Source: Edaphobacter aggregans (GTDB lineage Bacteria > Acidobacteriota > Terriglobia > Terriglobales > Acidobacteriaceae). From it: 32,000 nucleotides of DNA. Every line of letters begins with the position of its first letter. Within the stretch, counting starts at the first letter, position 1. The notes under the pieces were generated by a model that was not told the origin of the DNA, did not search any database, and was given only the letters and a program-made list of their open reading frames with translations. Positions 17,191 to 26,385 of the stretch are shown piece after piece. Location of the stretch: positions 960,001-992,000 of the forward strand of contig NZ_RSDW01000001.1 in NCBI RefSeq assembly GCF_003945235.1, in the 5' to 3' direction. Both the position numbers and the translations under genes were made by a program.

Positions 17191-17219
17191 GAAAGCCCCG
17201 GCCATCCGGGGTTTTCTTT
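17191..17219 (+). terminator. rho-independent terminator
   Basis: GAAAGCCCCGG / CCGGGGTTTTC stem (one G-U pair), loop CCAT, followed by TTTTCTTT. The A-tract upstream means it could act in both directions. Confidence 0.65.
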
Positions 17220-17237
17220 ATGGTCGTATAACTCGTT

Positions 17238-17326
17238 TGAATAGAATACTTTACATGTAAAATATCTATAATGAATACTTTACGGAAAAGTTATTCCATA
17301 AACTATTGAAAATGGATACTTTATGG
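17238..17326 (+). promoter_or_regulatory. AT-rich region with three direct repeats RGAATACTTTAY upstream of murA
   Basis: GAATACTTTAC at 17244-17254 and 17273-17283, and GGATACTTTAT at 17314-17324. Spacings are 29 and 41 bp. Confidence 0.5.
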
Positions 17327-17412
17327 GAACAGTACAGGGAAGGGGTACCAGTACAAAATTCAGAACCAGCCAAGCCACTCATTTCCACGCCAAATCCCCG
17401 TAAACTCTCATA

Positions 17413-18699
17413 ATGGATAAGTTTGTAGTACGCGGCGGTAATCCCCTTCTAGGCACCATCAAAGTCTCCGGAGCCAAAAACTCCGCGCTCCCCTGCATGG
17501 CCGCCGCCATCCTCACCGAGGACGAAGTCATCCTCGAAAACATCCCTCAAGTTAGGGATATTGAGACCGAACGCAAGCTCTTGGCCAGCATGGGAGCCGA
17601 GGTCGAATTAGGCTACGGCCGCGCCCAGCACCGCACCCGCATCCGCTGCGCCGTCCTCTCCGATCCGGTCGCCAAGTACGAGATCGTCAAGACCATGCGT
17701 GCCAGTTCCCTCGTCCTCGGGCCGCTCGTCGCCCGCACCGGCATCGCCCGAGTCGCCATGCCCGGCGGCTGCGCCATAGGAGGCCGCCCCATCGACCTCC
17801 ACATTAAGGGCCTCGAAGCCATGGGTGCCACTATCACCCAGGAGCACGGCTACCTTGAAGCCCGCACCGACCGCCTGAAGGGGGCCCACATCGTCTTCGA
17901 CAAAATCACCGTCACTGGCACCGAAGACCTCCTGATGGCCGCCACCCTGGCCGAAGGCGAAACCGTCTTCGAAAACTGCGCCCGCGAACCTGAGGTCACC
18001 GACCTCGCTGCTCTCCTCACCGCCATGGGAGCAAAGATTGAAGGCGCGGGCACGGGTACAATCCACGTTCAGGGCGTGAGCAAGCTGCACGGTGCTCGCC
18101 ACCGCATAAACCCCGACCGCATCGAAGCCGGCACCTTCCTCATCGCCGGAGCCATCACCGGCGGCGACCTCAACGTCGACTGCTGCGAGCCAAAGCACCT
18201 CGGTGCCGTCATCTCCAAACTGGAGCAGTGTGGCGTCAAGCTCGACGTCGGCACCGACAACATCCGTGTCCGCTCCGGCGACGCAGCAGGTCTCAAGGCC
18301 TCCGACATCTCCACCGAAGAGTACCCCGGCTTCCCCACTGACATGCAGGCCCAGTTCATGGCTCTGGCCACCCAGGCCGAAGGCACCACCACCGTCACCG
18401 AAAACATCTTCGAAAATCGCTTCATGCACGTCCAGGAACTTATCCGCATGGGCGCAAACATCACCGTTGCAGGCCGCACCGCCACCGTCCGCGGCAAGAC
18501 ACCCCTCCAGTCGGCGGCGGTCATGTGCTCTGACCTCCGCGCCTCTGCTTCCCTCGTCCTCGCCGCCCTAGTGGCTGACGGAGAGACCATTCTCGATCGT
18601 GTCTACCACCTCGATCGAGGCTACGAACACTTCGAAGAGAAGCTCCGAGGGGTAGGCGCCCAGATCCGCCGCATGGGAGACGTCTTCGGCAAGAAGTAA
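17413..18699 (+). CDS. murA: UDP-N-acetylglucosamine 1-carboxyvinyltransferase
   Basis: [27 protein letters not shown], the active-site Cys loop [14 protein letters not shown], and a C-terminal [17 protein letters not shown]. Confidence 0.97.
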   Translation: MDKFVVRGGNPLLGTIKVSGAKNSALPCMAAAILTEDEVILENIPQVRDIETERKLLASMGAEVELGYGRAQHRTRIRCAVLSDPVAKYEIVKTMRASSLVLGPLVARTGIARVAMPGGCAIGGRPIDLHIKGLEAMGATITQEHGYLEARTDRLKGAHIVFDKITVTGTEDLLMAATLAEGETVFENCAREPEVTDLAALLTAMGAKIEGAGTGTIHVQGVSKLHGARHRINPDRIEAGTFLIAGAITGGDLNVDCCEPKHLGAVISKLEQCGVKLDVGTDNIRVRSGDAAGLKASDISTEEYPGFPTDMQAQFMALATQAEGTTTVTENIFENRFMHVQELIRMGANITVAGRTATVRGKTPLQSAAVMCSDLRASASLVLAALVADGETILDRVYHLDRGYEHFEEKLRGVGAQIRRMGDVFGKK

Positions 18700-18709
18700 T
18701 TTATTTCCG

Positions 18710-19190
18710 TTAAAACGCTGCAAGCTCTTTGCGATATAAGAACGCATCCAGTCCCGCGACACGATAGAATCGGCGCCGCACCCCATGCCGGCTATACCCC
18801 AGACGCTCGTAAAAGCGGATCGCACCCTCATTCCCCGTAAATACGTGCAGCGCCATTTGCTGCACACCCATCGCCCCCGCGCGACTCTCTGCTTCCAGCA
18901 TCAACCTCGACGCAACACCTTCCCGTCGATACGTCTCCGCGACATCCAGAGTCACCACATATCCTTGCAACCCGGTCGTCCCGAAATCGAGATGGACGAT
19001 TACAAATCCAGTGATGCCGCCGCCACCTCTCTCGGCGATCAGACAGATTGCATTTCGCGCCTCCGCGAACTCCTGCATCGACTTCCGACCAAAATCGAAA
19101 TGCCGCCGCAAAACAATCCTCGTCCAGCCGGTAGATGGCCTCCAGGTCAGTCCGGCGATACTCCCGAAGAACAGTCTCCCCTAGGCTCAT
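18710..19190 (-). pseudogene. GNAT-family N-acetyltransferase interrupted by a 1-nt frameshift (pseudogene or homopolymer sequencing error)
   Basis: The N-terminal part MSLGETVLREYRRTDLEAIYRLDEDCFAAAFRF is in the frame of track ORF 18828-19298. The rest, GRKSMQEFAEARNAICLIAE...RREGVASRL...FYERLGY, is in the frame of ORF 18710-19111. The switch maps to one of two A4 runs, 19091-19094 or 19110-19113. Confidence 0.7.
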
Positions 19191-19440
19191 CCTCACCAGC
19201 ATAGTCTGCCTGATAAAGGGTCCCTCGCCCAGCCTTGCGGAGCGGGTTTGCATCGGTATGGGTGCCCCACGTGGTACCGTTTTGTGCAAAGTATTCAATA
19301 GAAATGGCTTATGGGTGGACTTCTATGTTTTGTGAGAAGGAAAGTCTCTCGATACAAGGGTCCAGCGGGAATAGTGCCTGTAAAGTATTGATCTAAAATA
19401 CCTTGACGGATACCACCCTGACCAAGTTTTGGACTTAAAA

Positions 19441-19476
19441 GAAAAAGCCCCGCTTCTGGCCAAGGCTTTTCTTTTT
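19441..19476 (-). terminator. possible terminator after the TonB-dependent receptor gene
   Basis: AAAAGCC (19443-19449) pairs with GGCTTTT (19464-19470) around a 14-nt loop, with flanking A/T runs. Confidence 0.4.
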
Positions 19477-19500
19477 ATCTCTGTATTGTTGTTCGTGGAT

Positions 19501-22500
19501 CTAGAAGTTGATCTTCGCGGCAAACTGAAGCTGACGGGAAGATCCAGCGTCGCCAATCGCTCCGCGGGTCGCCGTAATATTGCCGAAGCTCGTGCTTCCT
19601 GGTGTCGCCGTCAGGTTCGGATTACCGAAGTTCGACTGGTTGAAGACGTCGAAAGCGTCCATCCGCAGTACGAAGGCTACATTTTCAGTAATCCGTGTGG
19701 TCTTCTGCAACGACATATCGGTGTCCGAGAAGCCCGGTCCGGTCAAGGAGTTTCGCTGCATCGTTCCAAAGCCAAGCGTAGGAGCATAGAACACACAGCC
19801 CGCGGTTGGCGTCGAGCATGCCGATCCGACTATATAAGGAATACTGAAGTTGGCTAGTGCAGTATGGAAGCCAACGCTCGGCGTGCCCAATAGCGAAGGT
19901 CGGATGTTACCCGAAGCTCCCGTATAGGTAGAACTCGTAACGACATTCAAAGGATTGCCACCCTGGATCTGCGTCACGTTCGCCACCAGCCAGCCGTCCT
20001 TCAGGCGATTGCCCTGAAACGGCAGGTTCCATATAGCGCTCAATACGAAGTGATGACGAACATCGAAGTCCGACAGACCATAGCTTCCGGCCGGATTGAA
20101 ATTATCCTGCACGCCATTGCCCGACTGTGAATTCTGGTCCATTGATTTCGAGTAGGTGTAAGTCGTGTTGAACTCAAGCCCTCGGCGCAACGTCTGACGG
20201 AATGTAAGCCACATAGCGTTATAGCTCGACATACCCGAGTAGTCGTTATAGGTAATGTTCCCTAGCGAAGTCCCTGCAGGAACACCTGGACTTGTCCCAA
20301 ATCCAGGCCCCGCAACCAATGTCTTCGGATACGGACGGACACCCGTTGTAGCACCGGGCGCGTAGGTGAGCTGGTTGATATTCCTGTTCAGGCGAAGGTG
20401 CCGTCCCCCTGATCCGATGTAGCCAACCTGCAGCGCAGCTCCGTGCCCGAGATCCTGCTGCACATTCAGGTTGTAGGACAAGACGTATCCGTTCTTAAAG
20501 TTCGGATTTACGGAGCTGGGATTGAGTCCAGAGGCCGCAGCGCTTGCAAACGCCGTCGCGACGGAAACCGAAGTCGTCTGCACTGGCTGTGAAAGCGGCG
20601 GATTTGTTGTCAAACCCGTCACATTACTGATGATCGGCTGGTCAACCATATATCCGAAGCCGGCGCGAACGATAGTCTTAGTCTTGCCCATCACGTCGTA
20701 GGTAAAACCCAGCCGCGGTTCATAGTTATTGTTCTGTTTATAGGGCTGGTTCACCTGCTTGAATCCAACGATCGTTGGATCAAAGGTGATGAAACGATGA
20801 CCGCCTTCAGCCGGCGTTCCGTTCCATTCGTAGCGGAGACCGTACTCCAAAATCAGGTCAGGCCTGACCCTGTAGGTGTCCTGAACAAAAGCGCCTACAG
20901 CGCTAATGAAGATTCGGCTGCTTACAGGATTCACGCCATTGGCGGCGAAGGAATTTGCGAGGCCGTTGATGAAATTCTGGGTTGTACTGAAGCTGATAAC
21001 GCCGGCGGTATTCGAGAAATTGCTGCCTATGAACCGGCGGAACTCGCCTCCAGTTTTAATGGTGTGCTTGCCCTTGACAATGGTCAGTGTGTTGGAGAGA
21101 ACGCCCGTCGTTACAAAGCGTCCCTGGGGAAAGCCGGAGGGCCCGCCGAAGTTGAGGCCCAGGTCGCTCACTGTTATCTGAGGCAAACCGATCGGGATGG
21201 TTACACCATTCGGGATTCCGTAGTCGCTTGAGAGTGCCGTGAAATTAGGTGAGAAATTGATGGCGATGCGATTGAAGCCGAGACGGGCCTCGTTCACAAC
21301 GTTCGGAGAGAAGATGTGAACATCGTTGATAGTGCCGATCTGTCGGTGAGCTGTGCGATGGTCGCCGAATCCTGCGATTGTATTGCCCTGAAGGTTCGGT
21401 TCGGTGCGCGCGTCCTGCTGCCATGCATAGTACAGATGCAGCGAATTTGCCTTCGTGAGAGTCGCCAGCAGATCACCACTGTACTGATCGGTCTTCACCG
21501 GTCCAGGCGATGAGCCAGTGGCCACTGCTGTGGTAACGCCATTAGTCGTTGATTGGACACCAACTGGAATGAGATTGATGAGCTTTGCATAATTTGCGCC
21601 AATTGGGCTTGCCGCAAAGGCTGTACGTTGCGCGGCGTTCGGCACCTGGCTGGTGAGCAAAAGCGCCTGCGTCTGACGCAGCCCTTCGTAGCTGACGAAG
21701 AAGAAGAGCCGGTCCTTCATAATAAAGGGCACGGGCCCGCTGAATGCTCCGCCAAAATTATTGCGGATGAACTGATTCTGTCGCGATCCTCGGCGGTTAA
21801 AGTAGTTGCGCGCATCGAAATAGTTGTTGCGCAGATAGTTAAATGCTTCACCGTGATACGTGCTCGCACCCGAGCGCGTCGCCACATTAACCACCGAGCC
21901 CGAACTGCGGCCATACTCCGCACTGAAGGTTGAGTTAATGAGCTTAAACTCAGAAGTGGTGTTGATAGAGGGCTGGAAGGTGATCTGGTTCTGAGTCATG
22001 TCGTTCAGGTTGATGCCGTTGATCTGGAAGTTATTTGCGTCTTCCCGAGCACCAGCAGTATTGAACGAGTTTGCGCCGAGGCCACGGCTTGTGCCGGTGA
22101 GAAAGCCGTTCGCCGGCGCAACGACAGCGCCTGGAGTCAGGTTGGTAAGGTCAAGGAAGTGTCGCCCGTTCAGTGGTATATTTTGCACCGTGTTCCGGTC
22201 GATAACCTGCCCCATCGTCATGGTTTGCGATTCAATCTGACTCGAAGCAGCTTCCACCTGAACCGTCTCGCCGGCTGAACTGACTGCGAGGGCCATATTG
22301 ACCGTCACTTGCTGGTCGACGCCCAGAGTCACTTTCTTCACTGTAAACAGGCTGAAGCCCGACGCTGCGGCCTGTACTTGATAATCGCCAGGCTCAAGGG
22401 AAGGAACAACGTAGACGCCTGCATTGTCAGTTACGATGACACGCTCAATTCCAGTCGCGAGAGAGTGCACTGTTATACGCGCGTTCGGCACTACAGCCCC

Positions 22501-22623
22501 ACTTGGATCAGTCACAGTTCCAGCCAACGTCGCTGTCGATTGCGCCAACCCCGAACCCACACTTACCAGCACCAGAACAACAAGAGCAAACAGACCCTTT
22601 AGGAACTTTACTGAGTACTTCAT
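19501..22623 (-). CDS. TonB-dependent outer-membrane receptor with an N-terminal carboxypeptidase-regulatory-like domain
   Basis: Signal peptide, then TATLAGTVTDPSGAVVPNARITV (CarboxypepD_reg-like), then a plug and a long beta-barrel ending in the aromatic AAKINF. AGGAGG RBS. At 1040 aa the architecture is typical of Acidobacteriota. Confidence 0.92.
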   Translation of the reverse strand: MKYSVKFLKGLFALVVLVLVSVGSGLAQSTATLAGTVTDPSGAVVPNARITVHSLATGIERVIVTDNAGVYVVPSLEPGDYQVQAAASGFSLFTVKKVTLGVDQQVTVNMALAVSSAGETVQVEAASSQIESQTMTMGQVIDRNTVQNIPLNGRHFLDLTNLTPGAVVAPANGFLTGTSRGLGANSFNTAGAREDANNFQINGINLNDMTQNQITFQPSINTTSEFKLINSTFSAEYGRSSGSVVNVATRSGASTYHGEAFNYLRNNYFDARNYFNRRGSRQNQFIRNNFGGAFSGPVPFIMKDRLFFFVSYEGLRQTQALLLTSQVPNAAQRTAFAASPIGANYAKLINLIPVGVQSTTNGVTTAVATGSSPGPVKTDQYSGDLLATLTKANSLHLYYAWQQDARTEPNLQGNTIAGFGDHRTAHRQIGTINDVHIFSPNVVNEARLGFNRIAINFSPNFTALSSDYGIPNGVTIPIGLPQITVSDLGLNFGGPSGFPQGRFVTTGVLSNTLTIVKGKHTIKTGGEFRRFIGSNFSNTAGVISFSTTQNFINGLANSFAANGVNPVSSRIFISAVGAFVQDTYRVRPDLILEYGLRYEWNGTPAEGGHRFITFDPTIVGFKQVNQPYKQNNNYEPRLGFTYDVMGKTKTIVRAGFGYMVDQPIISNVTGLTTNPPLSQPVQTTSVSVATAFASAAASGLNPSSVNPNFKNGYVLSYNLNVQQDLGHGAALQVGYIGSGGRHLRLNRNINQLTYAPGATTGVRPYPKTLVAGPGFGTSPGVPAGTSLGNITYNDYSGMSSYNAMWLTFRQTLRRGLEFNTTYTYSKSMDQNSQSGNGVQDNFNPAGSYGLSDFDVRHHFVLSAIWNLPFQGNRLKDGWLVANVTQIQGGNPLNVVTSSTYTGASGNIRPSLLGTPSVGFHTALANFSIPYIVGSACSTPTAGCVFYAPTLGFGTMQRNSLTGPGFSDTDMSLQKTTRITENVAFVLRMDAFDVFNQSNFGNPNLTATPGSTSFGNITATRGAIGDAGSSRQLQFAAKINF

Positions 22624-22840
22624 TTACGCCTCCTAGAAAGATGAATCTCCGCGGCTTTCTCCTGCCGTCGGCCAAGCTGGTAAAACTGTTTTTTTCTCAT
22701 TTGGCGTACAGATGCGCCTCATTGACGCTGGGTATCTCGGTCGTACAAATGCTCGCCCCTTTAACGAAAGGGCGAACACAACCAATGCCACAGTAAGACT
22801 TGTATCAATGTGCTGTAAGGTTTTCATGGTCTGACCACGG

Positions 22841-22920
22841 TGTCAATGGAGTCTGTCACTTCCGTTGTCATCATTCAGTCGTAGAATTGTCACTTCTTTG
22901 TAACTACGAAGAAATTGACG
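22841..22920. promoter_or_regulatory. cluster of TGTCA-containing repeats in the divergent receptor/LacI promoter region (candidate operator)
   Basis: TGTCACTTC occurs at 22854-22862 and 22888-22896, within a 17-nt repeat matching 14/17. Further TGTCA motifs lie at 22841 and 22866, with an inverted TTGACG at 22915-22920. Confidence 0.3.
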
Positions 22921-23008
22921 ATGACTCGAGCATTTTCGCCCGTATCGCTCTCATTTTCTGCATACTTAGACGAGGGCTAACATTTGCACGTGTTCTCAGT
23001 GGAGAAAA

Positions 23009-24070
23009 ATGACAGCAAAGACGACTATCCCTGGCACAGCCAAGCCAACGACCCTGAAGATCCTTGCCGAGTATCTCGATCTTTCTCCCGCTACGGTCTC
23101 GATTGTTCTTAACGACTCCCCCGTAGCCAAGTCAATTTCGCCTGCCACCCGCCAACGTGTCCTCGCCGCTGCCAAGAAGTTTGCCTATCGGCCGAACATG
23201 CACGCACGGATGCTCCGGACCCGCCTCACCAATACTGTTGGCGTCATCGTGCCGGAGCTCAGTGAAGGGTACTTTACCAACGTCATGCTCGGTGTCGAGC
23301 AGTTGCTGCTGCAGGAGGGCTATCTTTACTTCACCGTTAGCCATCTCTGCCGTCCGGACCTCATCGAAGAATATCCCGAACTGCTCATGAATCGCGCCGT
23401 GGACGGTTTTCTCCTCGTCAATACCGAGTTACGCAACAAAGTCTCTCTGCCTGTTGTCGGAATCTCATCGCACAGCAAGACCCCAGGCGTCACCAACGTC
23501 GAACTCGATCATAATCGCGCCACCAAGATGGCTCTACGCCACCTCTACGAGCTCGGCCACCGGCGCATCGCCTTCATGAAAGGTCAAAGCTACTCCCTCG
23601 ATTCGGAGGTCCGCTGGCACACTATTGCCAGCATCGCTCAAGAGATTGGAATCACCATCCGTCCTGAACTCTGCATCTACCTCGAAAAAAACTCCTGGTC
23701 ACCCGAGCTCGGCTATCCTCCGGTTCGCGACCTGCTCCAGCGGACACGTGATTTCACCGCCATGTTCTGCTTCAACGACACCGCTGCAATAGGCGCCATC
23801 CGCGCCATCGAAGACGCCGGTCTCAACTGTCCTCGCGACATCTCCGTTATCGGCTTCGACGACATTATCGTGGCCGAGTACTTCAACCCTCGTCTCACCA
23901 CCGTTCGTCAACCGCTTCACAAGATGGGATGGACCGCCGCGCAACTATTGATCAAGCGCATCCAAGCGCCCGAGGCCCCTTACCCCGAGACCGTCTCCTT
24001 CGAACCAGAGCTTGTCGTCCGCGAGTCGACCGCCGGTGTCCCCAAAAAATCAGCGCGCAGCAAACACTAG
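23009..24070 (+). CDS. LacI-family transcriptional regulator
   Basis: N-terminal HTH TLKILAEYLDLSPATVSIVLND ... ATRQRVLAAAKKFAYRPN, then a periplasmic-binding-protein-like sugar-binding core. Confidence 0.92.
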   Translation: MTAKTTIPGTAKPTTLKILAEYLDLSPATVSIVLNDSPVAKSISPATRQRVLAAAKKFAYRPNMHARMLRTRLTNTVGVIVPELSEGYFTNVMLGVEQLLLQEGYLYFTVSHLCRPDLIEEYPELLMNRAVDGFLLVNTELRNKVSLPVVGISSHSKTPGVTNVELDHNRATKMALRHLYELGHRRIAFMKGQSYSLDSEVRWHTIASIAQEIGITIRPELCIYLEKNSWSPELGYPPVRDLLQRTRDFTAMFCFNDTAAIGAIRAIEDAGLNCPRDISVIGFDDIIVAEYFNPRLTTVRQPLHKMGWTAAQLLIKRIQAPEAPYPETVSFEPELVVRESTAGVPKKSARSKH

Positions 24071-24079
24071 CAGGCCGTT

Positions 24080-25285
24080 TTGCACCGACTTCAACAATCC
24101 GACCGATCTCCAGAACTAGAGCCGGCGTTGGGCAGCAGCGATCCTGTCGCCATCTGGGCTTTCGCTCCTATTTTTCTTTATTTTGTCGTGGCTGGTATCG
24201 CTACGGTCATGCTTGGACCTCTGCTGCCCGGCCTTATCTCTCGCTGGAATATTCAGGATGCCCAGGCTGGAACACTCTTCACCGCTAGCTTCGCGGGGCA
24301 GTTTATAGGCGCATGGTTTGCTGCGCGGAGCCTTCGTGCAAGCGTCGTGTGTGGTGCCGCTCTTAGCGCAGTTGGGTGCGTCGCTATGGCATGGGCTAAC
24401 TTCGATGTTGCCCACCTCGCACTCTTTTGTGTCGGTCTTGGTCTTGGCGCAGGACTCACTGCGGGAAATATTATCGTCGGAACTGCTCGTTCTATAAGCC
24501 GCGCGCGGCTTTTGTTGATGCTCAATGTTTCCTGGAGCATCGGAGCCATTTCCTGCCCACTGCTGGTGCGTGCATGCCTCTCGGCTGGTATGAGTCTCTT
24601 CTTTCTCATACTCTCATCGGCACTGGCGGCGGCAACCTGCTTGTTGCTCGTAATTCCGCGTCATGCGTTCGCATCCCCGCGCAGCATCTCGATTCCTGAA
24701 CAACGTGAATTCCGGCGCGCACCTTTACCTTTCGTTCCTCTCGTTGTTTTTGCTGGTGTTCTTCTGCTGTATGTCGGGGTCGAGAATGCGTTGGGAGGCT
24801 GGCTGCCTAGCTATGCCGCGCGGGTGCATTATTCGCTTCAGCCGTCTGCGATTGCGTTCTCCTTCTGGATCGCGGAGCTTGCAGGGCGTCTTATGGGCAC
24901 TGCGCTTCTCATGCAATTGAGTGAGCGTGTGCTTTATTTGCTTTGTTTATCGGCTCTTATCTTTGCTGGGGTCGTGCTGTGTGTGGCGGGGAATCTGTCG
25001 GCGGGTGGGATTGTGGGGCTTACGCTTCTGAGTGGGATGGCTATCGGGCCTGTTTATCCGCTGCTTGTTTCGTTCATGCTGGCGCGGACGGGACAGCATC
25101 CTCGGCTTGGCTCTCTGTTTGCTTCGGCTAGCCTGGGCGGGGCTAGTTTGCCCTGGCTTACAGGGGTGGTTTCGACGCATTTCGATAGTCTGCGGGCGGG
25201 GCTTATTGTGCCGGCTGGCGGGACGGTTCTGATGCTTCTGCTCTCGCCTGTCGTCACTCAGGTTTTCGCGAAGGACGAGGTCTAA
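24080..25285 (+). CDS. MFS transporter (likely sugar-type; 12 TM)
   Basis: Twelve hydrophobic spans with a central loop, starting 9 nt after the LacI stop. The start is uncertain: TTG 24080 or TTG 24128, with no early ATG. Confidence 0.85.
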   Translation: MHRLQQSDRSPELEPALGSSDPVAIWAFAPIFLYFVVAGIATVMLGPLLPGLISRWNIQDAQAGTLFTASFAGQFIGAWFAARSLRASVVCGAALSAVGCVAMAWANFDVAHLALFCVGLGLGAGLTAGNIIVGTARSISRARLLLMLNVSWSIGAISCPLLVRACLSAGMSLFFLILSSALAAATCLLLVIPRHAFASPRSISIPEQREFRRAPLPFVPLVVFAGVLLLYVGVENALGGWLPSYAARVHYSLQPSAIAFSFWIAELAGRLMGTALLMQLSERVLYLLCLSALIFAGVVLCVAGNLSAGGIVGLTLLSGMAIGPVYPLLVSFMLARTGQHPRLGSLFASASLGGASLPWLTGVVSTHFDSLRAGLIVPAGGTVLMLLLSPVVTQVFAKDEV

Positions 25286-25286
25286 G

Positions 25287-25473
25287 GCGGTAATTTTTGC
25301 GCGTTTTTTTCTGTGTGGTGTTTCTTCGTTTTTGCTGGGGGTTTTGGCAAAAACGGTGACAGAATGTGGTGGTTTTGTGGTCAATAAGCGGCAAAAAGTC
25401 TGGCAAAGGTGGTTTGCGGACGGTCACTTTCCGGCGACGAAAAACTTGCCACCTGTTCTGTGGAAATCTGAAA
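25287..25473 (+). repeat. copy B of the ~190-nt intergenic repeat family
   Basis: It fills the entire gap between the MFS stop and the nadK stop. It aligns to the reverse complement of 11590-11784 and partly to 1943-2000. Confidence 0.6.
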
Positions 25474-26328
25474 TTATTGTTCGCCCCAGCTTAGCTTGTT
25501 TCGGAGGACGTTGAAGAGGCCGTTGGGGCGAGGTCGGAGGAGATGCACACTGTGCTTGGAACGGCAGCAGTTGATCTCGTCGCCGACGTGGAGTTCCACG
25601 GCTTCCTGGCCATCGACGGTGAGAAAAGTGTTGGGGACGCCGTCCATGTGGATGGTGATGGTGGAGTCGCCGGGGACGACGATGGGCCGGATCGTCAGCA
25701 GGTGGGGACAGAGGGGCGTCACGACGAGGGCGTTGACCGTGGGCATGACGATGGGGCCGCCAGCGGACAGATTGTAGGCAGTCGAGCCGGTGGGGGTCGA
25801 GACGATGATGCCGTCGGCGCGCATGGCGGCTACGAACTGGCCGTCGATCTCGACGGAGAAGTCGGCCATACGGGCGATGGAGCCCTTGGAGACGGCGATG
25901 TCGTTGAGAGCGTCCCAGCGGCGGAGAACCTCGCCGTTGCGGCGCAGCTCGGTGTGCATCATATCGCGCACTTCGATGCCAGCGCAGTTGGCGCACCATG
26001 CCTCAAGGGTGGTGTAGAGGTCGGAGAGAGGGATCTCGGTGAGGAAGCCGAGGGAGCCGAGGTTGATGCCGAGGATGGGCGTGGGAGAGTGCGCAAAGGC
26101 GCGGGCTGCGGCGAGAAGCGTGCCGTCGCCACCGAGGACGATGACGAGGTTGGGTCTGTGCCGCGGGAGCTCGGAACGCTCGATGGGGTTCGGGTCGTTG
26201 ATGTAGGCGGCGCTATCGGGGTCGAGGAGACAGCGATAGGCGTGGCCTTCGAGCCATGTGATGAGTTCGCGCAGGATGACGGCGAGCTCGGGCTTCTGCG
26301 GCTTGGAGATGATGGCGGCCTGGAGCAT
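25474..26328 (-). CDS. nadK: NAD(+) kinase
   Basis: VLGGDGTLLAAAR, NDIAVSKG and ADGIIVSTPTGSTAYNLSAGGPIV. Confidence 0.95.
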   Translation of the reverse strand: MLQAAIISKPQKPELAVILRELITWLEGHAYRCLLDPDSAAYINDPNPIERSELPRHRPNLVIVLGGDGTLLAAARAFAHSPTPILGINLGSLGFLTEIPLSDLYTTLEAWCANCAGIEVRDMMHTELRRNGEVLRRWDALNDIAVSKGSIARMADFSVEIDGQFVAAMRADGIIVSTPTGSTAYNLSAGGPIVMPTVNALVVTPLCPHLLTIRPIVVPGDSTITIHMDGVPNTFLTVDGQEAVELHVGDEINCCRSKHSVHLLRPRPNGLFNVLRNKLSWGEQ

Positions 26329-26385
26329 TGATGTCTAGTGTAACGGCTGGGATGGGAAGATCGGTGACGCCAGCTCGCTGCTTTC

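Noticed and set aside
25332-25514. 60-aa plus-strand ORF inside repeat copy B
   Set aside because: It is not conserved as an open frame in copy A, which has stops in all frames. It also runs into the nadK 3' end on the opposite strand.
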